Shown: in pieces, positions 43,490 through 53,957 of the stretch
Numbering within the stretch: position 1 is the stretch's first letter
Layout of the letters: every line of letters starts with the position of its first letter
From: Planctomycetota bacterium
Lineage (GTDB): Bacteria; Planctomycetota; GCA-002687715; CAIWVZ01
Assembly (NCBI GenBank): GCA_044222185.1
Contig: JBGANV010000002.1
Coordinates: 64,001-128,000 of the forward strand
Length of the DNA stretch: 64,000 nt
Direction of reading: 5' to 3'
Notes under the pieces: generated by a model
Told to the model about the DNA's origin: nothing
Seen by the model: the letters and a program-made list of their open reading frames with translations, nothing else
The model's database searches: none
Translations under genes and position numbers: made by a program

Positions 43490-46333
43490 ATGCTCTCGCG
43501 TCCCATGTGCGCTCTTCTCGTCGTCTGGTCTTGGAGCGCGGTTGCCACCGCCGTTCTGGCGCAGGGTCAGGAGTACGAGAACAACACCGGTGTGTTCCTG
43601 AACTTCGAGAGTCCCCAGGTCCACCCGATCGCGATCTCGGCCGACGGAACGCGGCTCTTCGCCGTCGACACGCCTGACGCACGGCTTTCCGTCTTCGACC
43701 TCGCTGCACCTTCCAACCCGGTACTGCTCACGGAAATTCCCGTGGGCATCGAGCCGGTGTCGGTCCGCGTCCGCACGCCCGACGAGATCTGGGTCGTGAA
43801 TCACACGTCCGACAGCGTCAGCGTCGTCTCCCTGTCGCTCGGTTCGGTGACGGACACGATCTTCTGCAAGGACGAACCGTGCGACGTGGTCTTTGCCGGC
43901 AATCCGCAGAGGGCCTACGTCACCGTGGCCGGATCGCGCGAAGTGCGCGTGTTCAACGTCACGACGCACGCATTGGTCGCGACGATCACCATTCCCGGAC
44001 AGCAGCCCCGCTCACTGGCGGCGAGCGCGGATGGACTTCACGTCTATGCCGCCGTCGCCATCTCCGGGAACAAGACGACGGTTCTCCCGGCAGCGATCGC
44101 ACCGGCGCAGCCGCCGTCGAACAACGCGAACGTCGGACCGCCGCCGCAGACGGCTCTGGTCATCGATTCGACGAACCCCGCGTATGCCGCATCGATCCCC
44201 TACACGGTGTCGGATAACGACGTCATCGAGATCGCAACGGCGACGAACACGATCTCCCGCCTGTTCACGGGCGTGGGCACCCTGAATTTCTCCGTCACGG
44301 TGAATCCGGTCTCCGGAGACCTCTTCGTCGCGAACACGGACGCACGCAACACGACGCGTTACGAGACGAACCTTCGCGGCCACGCCGTGGACAACCAGAT
44401 CTCGCGAATCGCGATCACGAACGGCGCCGTCACGAAGTTCGACCTGAACGCGGGGATCAGCTACGCGAATCCGGCGAACCCTGCGGCCAAGGCCAACGCC
44501 CTCGCGCAGCCGACGGATGCGGTGTTCACGCCGAACGGCTCGGCGCTCTACGTGGCCGCGTTCGGGACGGATCGCGTCGCGAAGATCAATCCGGCGACCG
44601 GCGCGGTGCTCAACCGGATCGAGATCGGCAACACGCCCGGAGCAGCGACGGATCCTCGCAACAAGCGGGGGCCGCGCGGACTCGCGATGCATCAAACGGC
44701 CGGCCGTCTCTACGTCATGAACCGCATCTCGAACACGATCTCGGTGATCGTGACCGCGACGGACACGCTGGCGGTCGAGGTCCCCGTGGGATCCTTCGAT
44801 CCGACGCCGCCGGCCATCCGCCAGGGACGCGGCTTCCTCTACGACGCCAAGCTCTCCGGCAACGGGACCATGTCGTGCGCGTCCTGCCACATCGACGCGG
44901 AGTCGGACCACGAGGACTGGGACCTGGGCGATCCCGAGGGTCCAGAGATCGAGATTCCCGACCCGTCGAATACCTACGGACTCATCGCCATCCACCCGAT
45001 GAAGGGACCGATGTTCACCCAGACGCTGCGCGGACTCTCGCAGGGGTCGAACCCACTGCACTGGCGCGGCGACCGCTCCGACTTCAACGCGTTCAACTCG
45101 GCGTTCGTCTCGCTGATGGGCGGAACGCAGCTGTCGGCGGTGGACATGCAGACGTTCACCGACTTCATCATGACGTGTGATTTCGAGGCGAACCCCAACC
45201 TGGCCATCGACCGCTCGCTGCCGGCGACATTGAATGGCGGCAACCCGACACATGGCGCGCAGGTCTTCCAGGTGGACTCGGCGACGACACCGCTCGGCAG
45301 CTGCAACTCGTGCCACCACCTCCCGCTCGGAACCGGAAGCAAGATCGTGAACCACACGGTCCTGAACCAGGCGCAGGGGATGAAGGTCCCGCAGTTGCGG
45401 ACCACGTACCAGAAGAACACGTTCAACAACGCCGCGGGTGCCACGTCACTGTCGGGTTTCGGCTTCGCCCATGACGGCGCGTTCCCGACGGTCGAGTCGT
45501 TCCTCTCGAATCCGACGACGTTCGGCTCGTTGGCGACAGACACGGTCGCGAAGCGCGATCTCGCGGCGTTTCTCATGTGCATCGACACGAACACGCCGCC
45601 GGGCGTGGGCTACAGCCGGACGGTGAAGTCCACGAACGCGACGTCGTCGGTCGTAACGAGCGAGGTGAACCTCCTCTTGTCGCGCGCGAACCTCGGTGAG
45701 ATCGACGTCATCATCAAGGGCCGGCTCGACGGCGTCGCCCACGGGCTGCTCTGGGTGCCGGTGAACGGCGAGTTCCAGAGTGACACCGCAGGTTACGGCC
45801 CATTCTCGTGGTCGCAGCTCGTGTCGAAGGCGCAATCGGGCTCGACTTTCACCGTCCTGGGAGTGCCACCGGACTCGGGTCAGCGCATGGGGATCGACCG
45901 AGACAACGACGCCATCCCCGACGGCAATGAAGAGCCGCCATTCGTCGCCGAGTCGTTCGGGCACGCTTCGCCGCCATGCGTCGGCGACATCCACCTCGGC
46001 ACGAACTCGGAGCCTCTCCTCGGGAACTACGGGTTCGCGTTCACCTGCACGCACCTCACGCCGAATACCGACTCGCTCGTGTTCATCGCTGCCGGTCCTG
46101 GCCTGGAGCCCGGTCCGACGATGTTCGACATCACCGTGTGGATCGACCTGAACAACCTGCTCTTCTACCTGCCGATGCCGGCAGATGACCTGGGGTTCGG
46201 CTACACACCGCTCCCAATCCCCACGGATCCGCAGCTCGAGAACCTCGAGTTCTCGGCGATGGTCGTGACGAGCAGCACCTGTTCGATGCTCGGCGCGTCG
46301 CAGGGCATCCGTGTCGAGCTCGCGGCGCCGTAA
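43490..46333 (+). CDS. Secreted YVTN beta-propeller / di-haem cytochrome c peroxidase-like protein
   Basis: GGAGG RBS, signal peptide, NFESPQVHP, propeller repeats, haem motifs CASCH and CNSCH, KGPMFTQTLRG, HWRGDR, HDG. Confidence 0.85.
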   Translation: MLSRPMCALLVVWSWSAVATAVLAQGQEYENNTGVFLNFESPQVHPIAISADGTRLFAVDTPDARLSVFDLAAPSNPVLLTEIPVGIEPVSVRVRTPDEIWVVNHTSDSVSVVSLSLGSVTDTIFCKDEPCDVVFAGNPQRAYVTVAGSREVRVFNVTTHALVATITIPGQQPRSLAASADGLHVYAAVAISGNKTTVLPAAIAPAQPPSNNANVGPPPQTALVIDSTNPAYAASIPYTVSDNDVIEIATATNTISRLFTGVGTLNFSVTVNPVSGDLFVANTDARNTTRYETNLRGHAVDNQISRIAITNGAVTKFDLNAGISYANPANPAAKANALAQPTDAVFTPNGSALYVAAFGTDRVAKINPATGAVLNRIEIGNTPGAATDPRNKRGPRGLAMHQTAGRLYVMNRISNTISVIVTATDTLAVEVPVGSFDPTPPAIRQGRGFLYDAKLSGNGTMSCASCHIDAESDHEDWDLGDPEGPEIEIPDPSNTYGLIAIHPMKGPMFTQTLRGLSQGSNPLHWRGDRSDFNAFNSAFVSLMGGTQLSAVDMQTFTDFIMTCDFEANPNLAIDRSLPATLNGGNPTHGAQVFQVDSATTPLGSCNSCHHLPLGTGSKIVNHTVLNQAQGMKVPQLRTTYQKNTFNNAAGATSLSGFGFAHDGAFPTVESFLSNPTTFGSLATDTVAKRDLAAFLMCIDTNTPPGVGYSRTVKSTNATSSVVTSEVNLLLSRANLGEIDVIIKGRLDGVAHGLLWVPVNGEFQSDTAGYGPFSWSQLVSKAQSGSTFTVLGVPPDSGQRMGIDRDNDAIPDGNEEPPFVAESFGHASPPCVGDIHLGTNSEPLLGNYGFAFTCTHLTPNTDSLVFIAAGPGLEPGPTMFDITVWIDLNNLLFYLPMPADDLGFGYTPLPIPTDPQLENLEFSAMVVTSSTCSMLGASQGIRVELAAP

Positions 46334-46362
46334 CGTTCGTCGGTTCGCCGCGCGCTGCCCGA

Positions 46363-46437
46363 CGCCCGCACGCCGCGCTTCGCACAGCGCCCGCACGCCG
46401 CGCTTCGCACAGCGCCCGCACGCCGCGCTTCGCACAG
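46363..46437 (+). repeat. Tandem repeat, 3 x 25 bp (CGCCCGCACGCCGCGCTTCGCACAG)
   Basis: Three identical head-to-tail copies at 46363, 46388 and 46413. Confidence 0.9.
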
Positions 46438-46440
46438 CGG

Positions 46441-46611
46441 CGGAGCGCCGCGCTCCAGCGCGGCCGGATGGCGGGGCTCCGCCCCGCCTCTCGTGGCCAA
46501 CCGTTCCTCGCAGGCTCGTCTGCGGCCAACGTCGATCGCTGACGAAGACACTCGGTTTGCCCGGCAGGGCAGAGCCCTGCCGGTCCGGCCGCGCTGGAGC
46601 GCGGCGCTCCG
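46441..46611. repeat. REPIN-like element (28-bp perfect inverted REP pair)
   Basis: CGGAGCGCCGCGCTCCAGCGCGGCCGGA (46441-46468) and its reverse complement (46584-46611); related to the REPs flanking the RAYT gene. Confidence 0.85.
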
Positions 46612-46624
46612 AGGTCTCCCTCCT

Positions 46625-47983
46625 CTACAGACCGAAGCGCTTCAGCCGCTTCCAGAGCGTCACGCGGCTGATCCCCAGGAGCCTCGCGGCCTCGATGCGG
46701 CTGCCGCCGCATTTCGCCAGCGCATCCTTGATCCGGGCCACGTCGTCGTCGGTAGTCGGCCCGGTGACGGGCCGAGGCGTCTCCATCAGGTCGCCGCAGA
46801 CTTCGGGCGGTAGATCCTCGAGCCGGATCGTGTCGCCTTCACAAACCACCAGACAATGCTCGATGGCATTGCGGAGTTCGCGCACGTTCCCCGGCCAGTC
46901 GTGATCCATGAACGCGTGCAGCACCTCCGGCGCCACGTGCTTCACGACCTTGCCGTACGTGCGCCCCAGATCGGCGACGAAGCGCTCGACGATCAGCGGA
47001 ATGTCCTCGCGGCGCGCGCGCAGCGGCGGGAGCGCGATCTCGAATACACGGATGCGATAGTAGAAGTCCTCGCGCATGGACCCGTCGGCGACGAGACGCT
47101 TCAGATCGCGGTTCGTCGCGCCCACGATGCGCACGTCGATCTTGCGGGCACGGTCGTCGCCCACGCGCCGGATCTCGCGCTCTTGGAGCGCGCGCAGGAG
47201 TTTCAGCTGGAGAAGTGGGGTCACGTCGCCGATCTCGTCCAGGAAGAGCGTGCCCCCGTCCGCCGCTTCGAAGAACCCGATCTTGTCCTTGTGTGCGTTG
47301 GTGAACGCACCCTTGGTGTGACCGAAGAGCTCGCTCTCGAGCAGGGACTCGGGAATCGCGCCGCAGTTGACCGCGAGGAACGGGCGCTCGCGGCGAGCGC
47401 TCTGGACGTGGATCGCCTGCGCTGCCAGCTCCTTGCCCGTCCCGCTCTCGCCGGTGAACAGCACCGTCACATCCGTCTGCGACGCGAGCTTGATTCGACG
47501 GAAAACGTCCTGCATCAGAAGGCTGCGGCCGACCAGTCCCTCGAACGAGGTGTGCACGCGCGTGTGCTCCTCGAGAAGCGACACCTTCTGCTCGGCGAGC
47601 TCGGTCCGACGGTGCAACGACGCGATGCGACCCGCGACGATCAAGCGCACGCTCAGTTCGTCCGCGTCCAGCGGCTTCGTGAGGAAGTCGTCGGCTCCCG
47701 CTTCGATCCCCATCAGCAGGCTGTCGCGGCTGCGGCTCGCCGTGAGCAGAATGAAGTAGGTGTACGTTTCGCGGTTCGCGGCGCGCACCCGCCGGCACAA
47801 CTCCAATCCATCGACCCGGGGCATGAACCAGTCGCTGACGATCACGTCGATCGGCTGCGCGAGGAACGCCTCCCAGGCGAGCGCGCCGTCGGCGGCGACG
47901 ACGACTTCGTGGCCGCGCTGCGTGAGCGCGATCCGCACGACCTCAGAGGCAAACGGGTCGTCTTCGGCGACGAGAATCTTCAC
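46625..47983 (-). CDS. Sigma-54-dependent response regulator (NtrC family)
   Basis: Receiver domain (EDD, DWFMP, KP), [37 protein letters not shown], Fis-type HTH. Confidence 0.95.
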   Translation of the reverse strand: MKILVAEDDPFASEVVRIALTQRGHEVVVAADGALAWEAFLAQPIDVIVSDWFMPRVDGLELCRRVRAANRETYTYFILLTASRSRDSLLMGIEAGADDFLTKPLDADELSVRLIVAGRIASLHRRTELAEQKVSLLEEHTRVHTSFEGLVGRSLLMQDVFRRIKLASQTDVTVLFTGESGTGKELAAQAIHVQSARRERPFLAVNCGAIPESLLESELFGHTKGAFTNAHKDKIGFFEAADGGTLFLDEIGDVTPLLQLKLLRALQEREIRRVGDDRARKIDVRIVGATNRDLKRLVADGSMREDFYYRIRVFEIALPPLRARREDIPLIVERFVADLGRTYGKVVKHVAPEVLHAFMDHDWPGNVRELRNAIEHCLVVCEGDTIRLEDLPPEVCGDLMETPRPVTGPTTDDDVARIKDALAKCGGSRIEAARLLGISRVTLWKRLKRFGL

Positions 47984-50205
47984 GCAACACCACTCATCCT
48001 GCCGCGCAAGGCATCGACGACGCGCGCGAACTCCGCCCGCGCGTCACGTAGGACATCTCCGTCGACGACGCCGTTCTGCGCATCTCGTTCCAATCGCTGA
48101 AGAAGCGCCGTGAGCCGCGTCGCGCCGACATAGGCCGCCGCGCCCTTCACTCGGTGGGCCACTGCTCCCACGTTGGCGATGTCCCCATCGAGCGCCGCGC
48201 GATCGAGTTCGACGACACGCTTGGGCGTGTCGTCGAGGAAGACCTTCAGGAGGCGATCCAGCGTCTCGCGATCGCCGCCCGCCGTTCGACGCAGCCGCTC
48301 GAACGCCGCGTCATCGATGGCGTCCGACATCGCAGTGGACGTGCGCGCGATCCACTCACGAAGCGTCGCGTCCAGATGCTCGAGCGTGACGGGTTTCAGG
48401 AGGAATGCATCCATGCCGGCCTTCCGTGCCCGCTCGGCTTCCGCGGGCATGCCAGCGGCAGTCAACGCGATGATCGGCGTCCGACGACCGTCGGTTTCCC
48501 CACTCCTGATTTTCACCGTCGCGTCGAACCCGTCCATGACGGGCATCTGGCAATCCATGAGGATCGCAGCGTAACGGTTCCGCGAGGCCGCTTCGACGGC
48601 CTCCGCACCGTTGCGAACGAGTTCGGCGTCGAAGCCCAGCGACCCCAACATGGCGGATACGACTTCCTGGTTCACGACGTTGTCCTCGGCGACGAGCAGC
48701 CTGGGACGCGTCGCGAACCGTGCGACGTCCTTCGAGGGACTCGCAGAAAGCGAGACCGGTGCACCGTGGGCGACGTCGATCGGAACCTCGAAGAGAAAGA
48801 GGCTTCCCACTCCGATCTCGCTCTCGACGGTGATCGACCCGCCCATGATCCCGACGAGTTTGCGTGCGATGGCCAGGCCCAGGCCCGTCCCGCCGAACCG
48901 TCGCGTCGTCGATGCGTCGGCCTGGGAGAACGACTCGAAGAGCCGCGGGAGCACGTCCGCCGCGATTCCGATTCCCGTGTCGCGAATCTCGCACCGAAGG
49001 AACGACCGCCCATCCGTGGTCGTGCGGCGCGCGAGAGTCACCTGCACAGATCCCCGCTCGGTGAATTTCAGCGCGTTGCTCAAGAGGTTCAGCAACACCT
49101 GTCGGATCCGGACGGGATCTGCGCGCACAACCGTCGGCCCATCGAATCGAACGGTCGATCGCCAATCGAGCCCCTTCGCGCGGGCAGCCTCGCGGAACAT
49201 CTCGACCGCCTCGCCGACGAGCATGACGACGTCGAAGTCGATCGCTTCCAGCATCATCTTGCCCGATTCGATCTTCGACAGATCGAGCACGTCATTAATG
49301 ATCGCGAGCAGGGCCTGCCCCGAGCTGTTCATGATCTCGACGGACCGGCGCTGCTCCGGAGAGAGAGGCGACCGCAAGAGCAGGCTCCCCATGCCGATCA
49401 CTGCATTCATCGGTGTGCGGATCTCGTGACTCACGTTCGCCAGGAATTCGCTCTTGACGCGACTGGCTTCCTCGGCGCGGTCCCGTGCGGCAGTGAGATC
49501 CTCGTTCGCCCGTCGTAGCTGGGCCGTGCGTTCGGTGACACGGTCCTCGAGTTCGTTGGCTCGCGTCTGCATGGTTTGCTGATTGCGGCCGACGCTCAGA
49601 GCGAGCCAGGTGAACATCACGATGTACAGCGCGATGATCGAGCCGTTGAGCCATGCGATCGTGGTGCGGTCCTGGGCGATGACGCGATCCATCACGCGCG
49701 AGAGGTCCTCGCAGAGTCCCAGGATTTCGGTGAACACCGCGTCGAAGTCCTCGTCGGACTTGCCGCCGGCCGCTCCCGTGGTTGCGCGATGAGCCCACCG
49801 GTCGACGGCGATCTCACGGATCCGCGCCAGCTTGGCGCGGATCGCCGCGAAGCGGGCACGCGTCGGCTTGTGAACGACCGGGTCAAAGGCGCCGATCCGC
49901 GTCGTACCGCCTTCGAGGGCCGCGGCGATCAACGCATCGAGTTCGTCCACGTTCGCGAAGAAGTCGCGATCGACCTAGATCGCCGCATCCCCCGCCACGG
50001 CCTCCTCGAACCAGAGGTGGGCCAGGGAGATGCGCCGCTGGATGAGCTCTCCCAGGCGCGAGAGGGCCGTATGGCGGTCGAACGCCGCCGACACGAACCA
50101 CTCGGATCCGATGACGAGCACCAACGTGACGATTCCCGTCTCGATGATTCCGCGGGCCATGGGGACGCGGCGACGCGGAGGTTTGTCCGGGAGCGTGACG
50201 GCCAT
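47980..50205 (-). CDS. Hybrid sensor histidine kinase (HisKA-HATPase-REC-Hpt) interrupted by an in-frame TAG at 49975-49977
   Basis: FLANVSHEIRTPMN, NLLSNALKFT, DTGIG, GGTGLGL, MDCQMP, Hpt AHRVKG. The upstream 76-aa ORF (TM1) is in the same frame, separated by a single TAG. Confidence 0.85.
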
Positions 50206-50390
50206 GAGGGGTCGTTCAGTATGCGCACGCGACGGCGTCGGCGTGCGCGACTGACTATACAGGGCACCCGACCGGGCCGAATCCGCACCGGGACGAACCG
50301 CTGCCCGCCACGACCTTCAGGCGGCATCACGCTCCGCCCCCGTCGGATGCGCCCGTTGCGCGGCCTTCGGGCGGCCACTACGCTGTCCCC

Positions 50391-51620
50391 GTGAAACCCA
50401 CGTTCGCGCTCATCTTCCTGTGTTGCGGGCTCGCCACCGCGTTCGGCCAGGCGCGAGCGGGCAACCAGGTCGCGTGGTGGGGTGGAACGTGGGACGCGGC
50501 GTTGAAGGAAGCCACCGCCCGCAACGTGCCGCTCCTCGTAGGGTTCGTCCAAGACGGTGAAGAAGCGAACGAGCGGTGCGCCACGGGGCTCTTCGTCGAC
50601 CCCGAGTTCGTGAAGATCACCGAACGCACCGTGCCGATCGTCGTCAACATCTCCGACCACCAGAAGAAGAAGCAGGAGGTGAACGGTCAGGTGCTCGCCG
50701 TGTGCGCGAAGTTCGGCGCCATTCCGTGCGCGGCCCATCGATCGCTGGAGGGCAAGGCGCGCGAAGCGTTGTGCGAGGACGAAGTCAAGACACCTCAGAT
50801 CGTCGCCGCACTGCCTACTGGCGTCGCCGTCGCGCGCATCGTCGACGTGGCAGCGCCAAGCCTCTACAACGACCTCGTCCTGAAGGCACAGCAGAAGCTC
50901 GGCGGTCGTGGCCTCACGGCACTGGAGTTCTCGAATGCACGCCGTCTCGTCAAAGCCGCTCGCGAAGCCCTGGAGAAGGAGGACTTCCCCACGGTCCTGA
51001 AGAGCGTCCGCGAAGCCTCGGACCAGGTGAAGGGTTCACCGTTCGCAAAAGAGCCGGAGGCCGTGATGGCCGAGCTCGAGGCACGCGCGAAGAAGGAACT
51101 CGATGCGGCCCGGAGCACGGCCGAATCCGGAGACGTGCTCTCCGCGTTGCGTGCCCTCACCGCATCGAAGGAGCGCTTCGAGGGTACGTCGACGGCGGGC
51201 GAGATGAAGAAGGAAGAGACCCGGCTCAAGGCGACGAAGGCTGGCGGCGAAGCGTCGCGACTGCTCGCGCGCGAACAGAAGGGCATGCCGGCATTTCTCG
51301 CGGGGCAGGCGGCGGAGAAGCAGAAGGACTTCGTCAAGGCGCGTCGCGAATACCTGAAGACGCAGCAACTCGCGCCGGAGACCCCGATCGCACGGCAGGC
51401 GGCCGAACGCATCGCCGAGCTGGCGAAGGACCCGGACGTGAAGAGCCTCTTCGATCGCGACGAGCGCGACTCGGCGGCGACGACCGCGTTCAAGGACGCA
51501 GAGAAGCTGGCGCGGTCGGGTGACAAGGAGAAGGCGAAGGCGGCGTTCCGCGAGATCACCGAGAAGTTCCCCGGTACGAAGGCCGCGGACGACGCGAAGA
51601 AGAGGCTCGCCGAGCTTTGA
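50391..51620 (+). CDS. Exported thioredoxin-like-fold protein with helical/TPR C-terminus
   Basis: Signal peptide; W..TWDAALKEATARNVPLLV thioredoxin-like start without CxxC; C-terminal KFPGTKAA TPR-like helices. Confidence 0.65.
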   Translation: MKPTFALIFLCCGLATAFGQARAGNQVAWWGGTWDAALKEATARNVPLLVGFVQDGEEANERCATGLFVDPEFVKITERTVPIVVNISDHQKKKQEVNGQVLAVCAKFGAIPCAAHRSLEGKAREALCEDEVKTPQIVAALPTGVAVARIVDVAAPSLYNDLVLKAQQKLGGRGLTALEFSNARRLVKAAREALEKEDFPTVLKSVREASDQVKGSPFAKEPEAVMAELEARAKKELDAARSTAESGDVLSALRALTASKERFEGTSTAGEMKKEETRLKATKAGGEASRLLAREQKGMPAFLAGQAAEKQKDFVKARREYLKTQQLAPETPIARQAAERIAELAKDPDVKSLFDRDERDSAATTAFKDAEKLARSGDKEKAKAAFREITEKFPGTKAADDAKKRLAEL

Positions 51621-52573
51621 GAGTCGTCTTCTGCGGGACGGGCGCCTTCGGACTGCCGGCGCTGCGCGCGCTGCGATCCGCGGGTTTCGCCATTCCGCTC
51701 GTCGTCACACAGCCCGACCGTCCGGCGGGACGCAAGCGAGAGTTGCAGGCCTCTCCCGTGAAAGTCGAGGCGCTCGCCGCGGGACTCGCCGTCTTCCAGC
51801 CCGAACGCATCAATCGCACCGAGGCGCTCGCCGAGATTTCCGCCGCGGCTCCGGACGTGCTCGTCGTCGTTTCGTACGGACAGATCCTGCGCCGCGCGGT
51901 TCTCGACCTGCCACCTCTCGGATGCGTGAACATTCACGGGTCACTGCTGCCGCGGCATCGCGGCGCGTCTCCCGTGCATGCGGCGATCCTCGCGGGAGAC
52001 ACCGAGACGGGCGTGACCGTGATGCGAATGGATGAGGGGCTCGACACCGGTCCCATGCTGCTTTGGGCCTCCGAGCCAGTGCGGCCCGACGACACGACGC
52101 CGTCGCTGCACGATCGCCTCGCCGAGCTCGGTGGGAGGTTGATCGTGCCGGCGCTGCGCGGCCTCGCCGACGGCACGCTTCGCCCGATCCCCCAGGACGA
52201 CGCACGCGCGACCCTTTGCCGGGTGATCGAAAAGGACGCCGGACGCATCGACTGGACGAAATCCGCGGACGAGATCGAGCGCGCGACCCGTGCCTACACG
52301 CCGTGGCCCGGCACCTCGGGGGTGTTGCTGCGCGCGGACGGTTCGCGCCTGGAGCTGGGAATCGTCGCGGCAAAGGCCGTCGAATCACGCGGCGATGGTG
52401 CCCCGCCGGGGCGGGTCGTCGGCACCGAAGGCGGCGCCTTGGACGTCGCCACGGGATCGGGACGACTGCGGATCCTGCACGTCAAACCTGCGGGCCGCGG
52501 TGCCATGGACGCAGGCGCGTTCTTGCGTGGATACCGCATCGCCGTCGGTGACGGATTCGTCGCGCACACGTAG
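51617..52573 (+). CDS. fmt: Methionyl-tRNA formyltransferase
   Basis: VVTQPDRPAGR, NIHGSLLPRHRGASP, GDTETGVTVMRMDEGLDTG, RAYTPWPG. Confidence 0.96.
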   Translation: MRVVFCGTGAFGLPALRALRSAGFAIPLVVTQPDRPAGRKRELQASPVKVEALAAGLAVFQPERINRTEALAEISAAAPDVLVVVSYGQILRRAVLDLPPLGCVNIHGSLLPRHRGASPVHAAILAGDTETGVTVMRMDEGLDTGPMLLWASEPVRPDDTTPSLHDRLAELGGRLIVPALRGLADGTLRPIPQDDARATLCRVIEKDAGRIDWTKSADEIERATRAYTPWPGTSGVLLRADGSRLELGIVAAKAVESRGDGAPPGRVVGTEGGALDVATGSGRLRILHVKPAGRGAMDAGAFLRGYRIAVGDGFVAHT

Positions 52574-52584
52574 AACGACGGTCC

Positions 52585-53919
52585 ATGACCGCCGACACCA
52601 CGCGCCTCGCTGCCCTGCGCAGCCTCGTCCGCAACAAACCGGGACGTTCCGATCGCGAGGCCGCCGACCGCACGGCGCTCGATCACAACGCCCGCGAGCT
52701 CGTGGGCGGCGTGCGTCGGCACATGGCGACGATCGACGCCGTCGTCCAGCCGTTCGTGCACCAGCCGCTGGATCGCATCGAAGCCGAACTGCGGGAGGCG
52801 TTGCGCATCGGCGTCTGGGGTCTCCTCTTCGATCGACGGACGCCGCCTCCGCTCACCGTCGCGGCCGCCGTCGAGCTCGCGGGCCCCACGAAACGGCGCC
52901 GTGGATTCCTCAACGCCGTCTTGCGGAAGATCGCGGGCGAGCTCCGCTTCGAGCCCATGCCGTCCGAGCCGATCCGCGCTCGTGACACCATCATCGTCGA
53001 TGCGACGACCGTCGCCCGGCTTCCGACCCCCGTGCTCGCCGATCCGGCGATCGATCTGAAGGCCTACCTCGCCGCCCAGTACAGCGTGCCGCGGTGGTTC
53101 GCCGCCATGATGGAGCCGCTCCTCGGGGACGCCGTCGATGCGTTCCTCGCGAGCTGCAACCGGGCGATTCCGTTGGCTCTCCGGGTGAATCGTCTGCGCG
53201 CGACGCCGGACGAGGCCGCCGCGGCGCTGCGGAGCGCCGGGGTGGACGTCCTCCGCATTCTCGGCGACGTGATCGAAGTGCGCTTCGACGGGCAGATCAC
53301 CACGTGCTCGCCGTTCCGTGATGGACTGGTGACCGTCCAGGATCTGGTGGCGTCGGAGGTCGCGCCGTTCGTCGGTGCCGCCGAGGGCGAGCGCATCCTC
53401 GATCTGTGCGCGGGCGTGGGCGGCAAGTCACTCCACCTCGCCGAGGTCTCCGCCGGAAAGGCGACCGTCGTCGCCGCCGACACGAGCGCCGTCCAACTCG
53501 CCCGTCTGCAAGAGAACGTCACCCGGCTCCGCACGCCGAACGTGACGATCCTCCAGCTCGATGCGGGACCGGGCACGGAACTCGTCGGCCCCTTCGACCG
53601 CGTCCTGGTCGATGCCCCCTGCTCGAACAGCGGCGTACTGATGAAACGGATCGAGGCGCGATGGCGCCTGGATCCGGAGACCGTCGCCAAGCTCGGTGAA
53701 CTCCAGCTCGACCTCTTGAAGCGCGCGGCGCCGCTGGTGAAACCCGGCGGCATCCTCGTCTACTCCACGTGCAGCGTGCTGCGGCAGGAGAACGAGGCCG
53801 TCGTTCGCCGCTTCGTCACCGCCTATCCCGACTTCACGGTGGAGGCCACCCAGCTCCGCTTCCCCCACGTCACGACCCGCGACGGCGGCTTCATGGCGCG
53901 GTTGGTGAAGAAGGCCTGA
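52585..53919 (+). CDS. rsmB: 16S rRNA m5C967 methyltransferase RsmB/Sun (NusB-like + SAM MTase)
   Basis: GFLNAVLR, DLCAGVGGKS, VLVDAPCSNSG, YSTCS, ENE; follows fmt. Confidence 0.9.
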   Translation: MTADTTRLAALRSLVRNKPGRSDREAADRTALDHNARELVGGVRRHMATIDAVVQPFVHQPLDRIEAELREALRIGVWGLLFDRRTPPPLTVAAAVELAGPTKRRRGFLNAVLRKIAGELRFEPMPSEPIRARDTIIVDATTVARLPTPVLADPAIDLKAYLAAQYSVPRWFAAMMEPLLGDAVDAFLASCNRAIPLALRVNRLRATPDEAAAALRSAGVDVLRILGDVIEVRFDGQITTCSPFRDGLVTVQDLVASEVAPFVGAAEGERILDLCAGVGGKSLHLAEVSAGKATVVAADTSAVQLARLQENVTRLRTPNVTILQLDAGPGTELVGPFDRVLVDAPCSNSGVLMKRIEARWRLDPETVAKLGELQLDLLKRAAPLVKPGGILVYSTCSVLRQENEAVVRRFVTAYPDFTVEATQLRFPHVTTRDGGFMARLVKKA

Positions 53920-53957
53920 TCGCGCGCCGAGCCTCGCGGACCGACGCGCGCGAAGCC

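Noticed and set aside
46363-46437. CRISPR array
   Set aside because: The repeats are contiguous with no spacers, and there are no cas genes.
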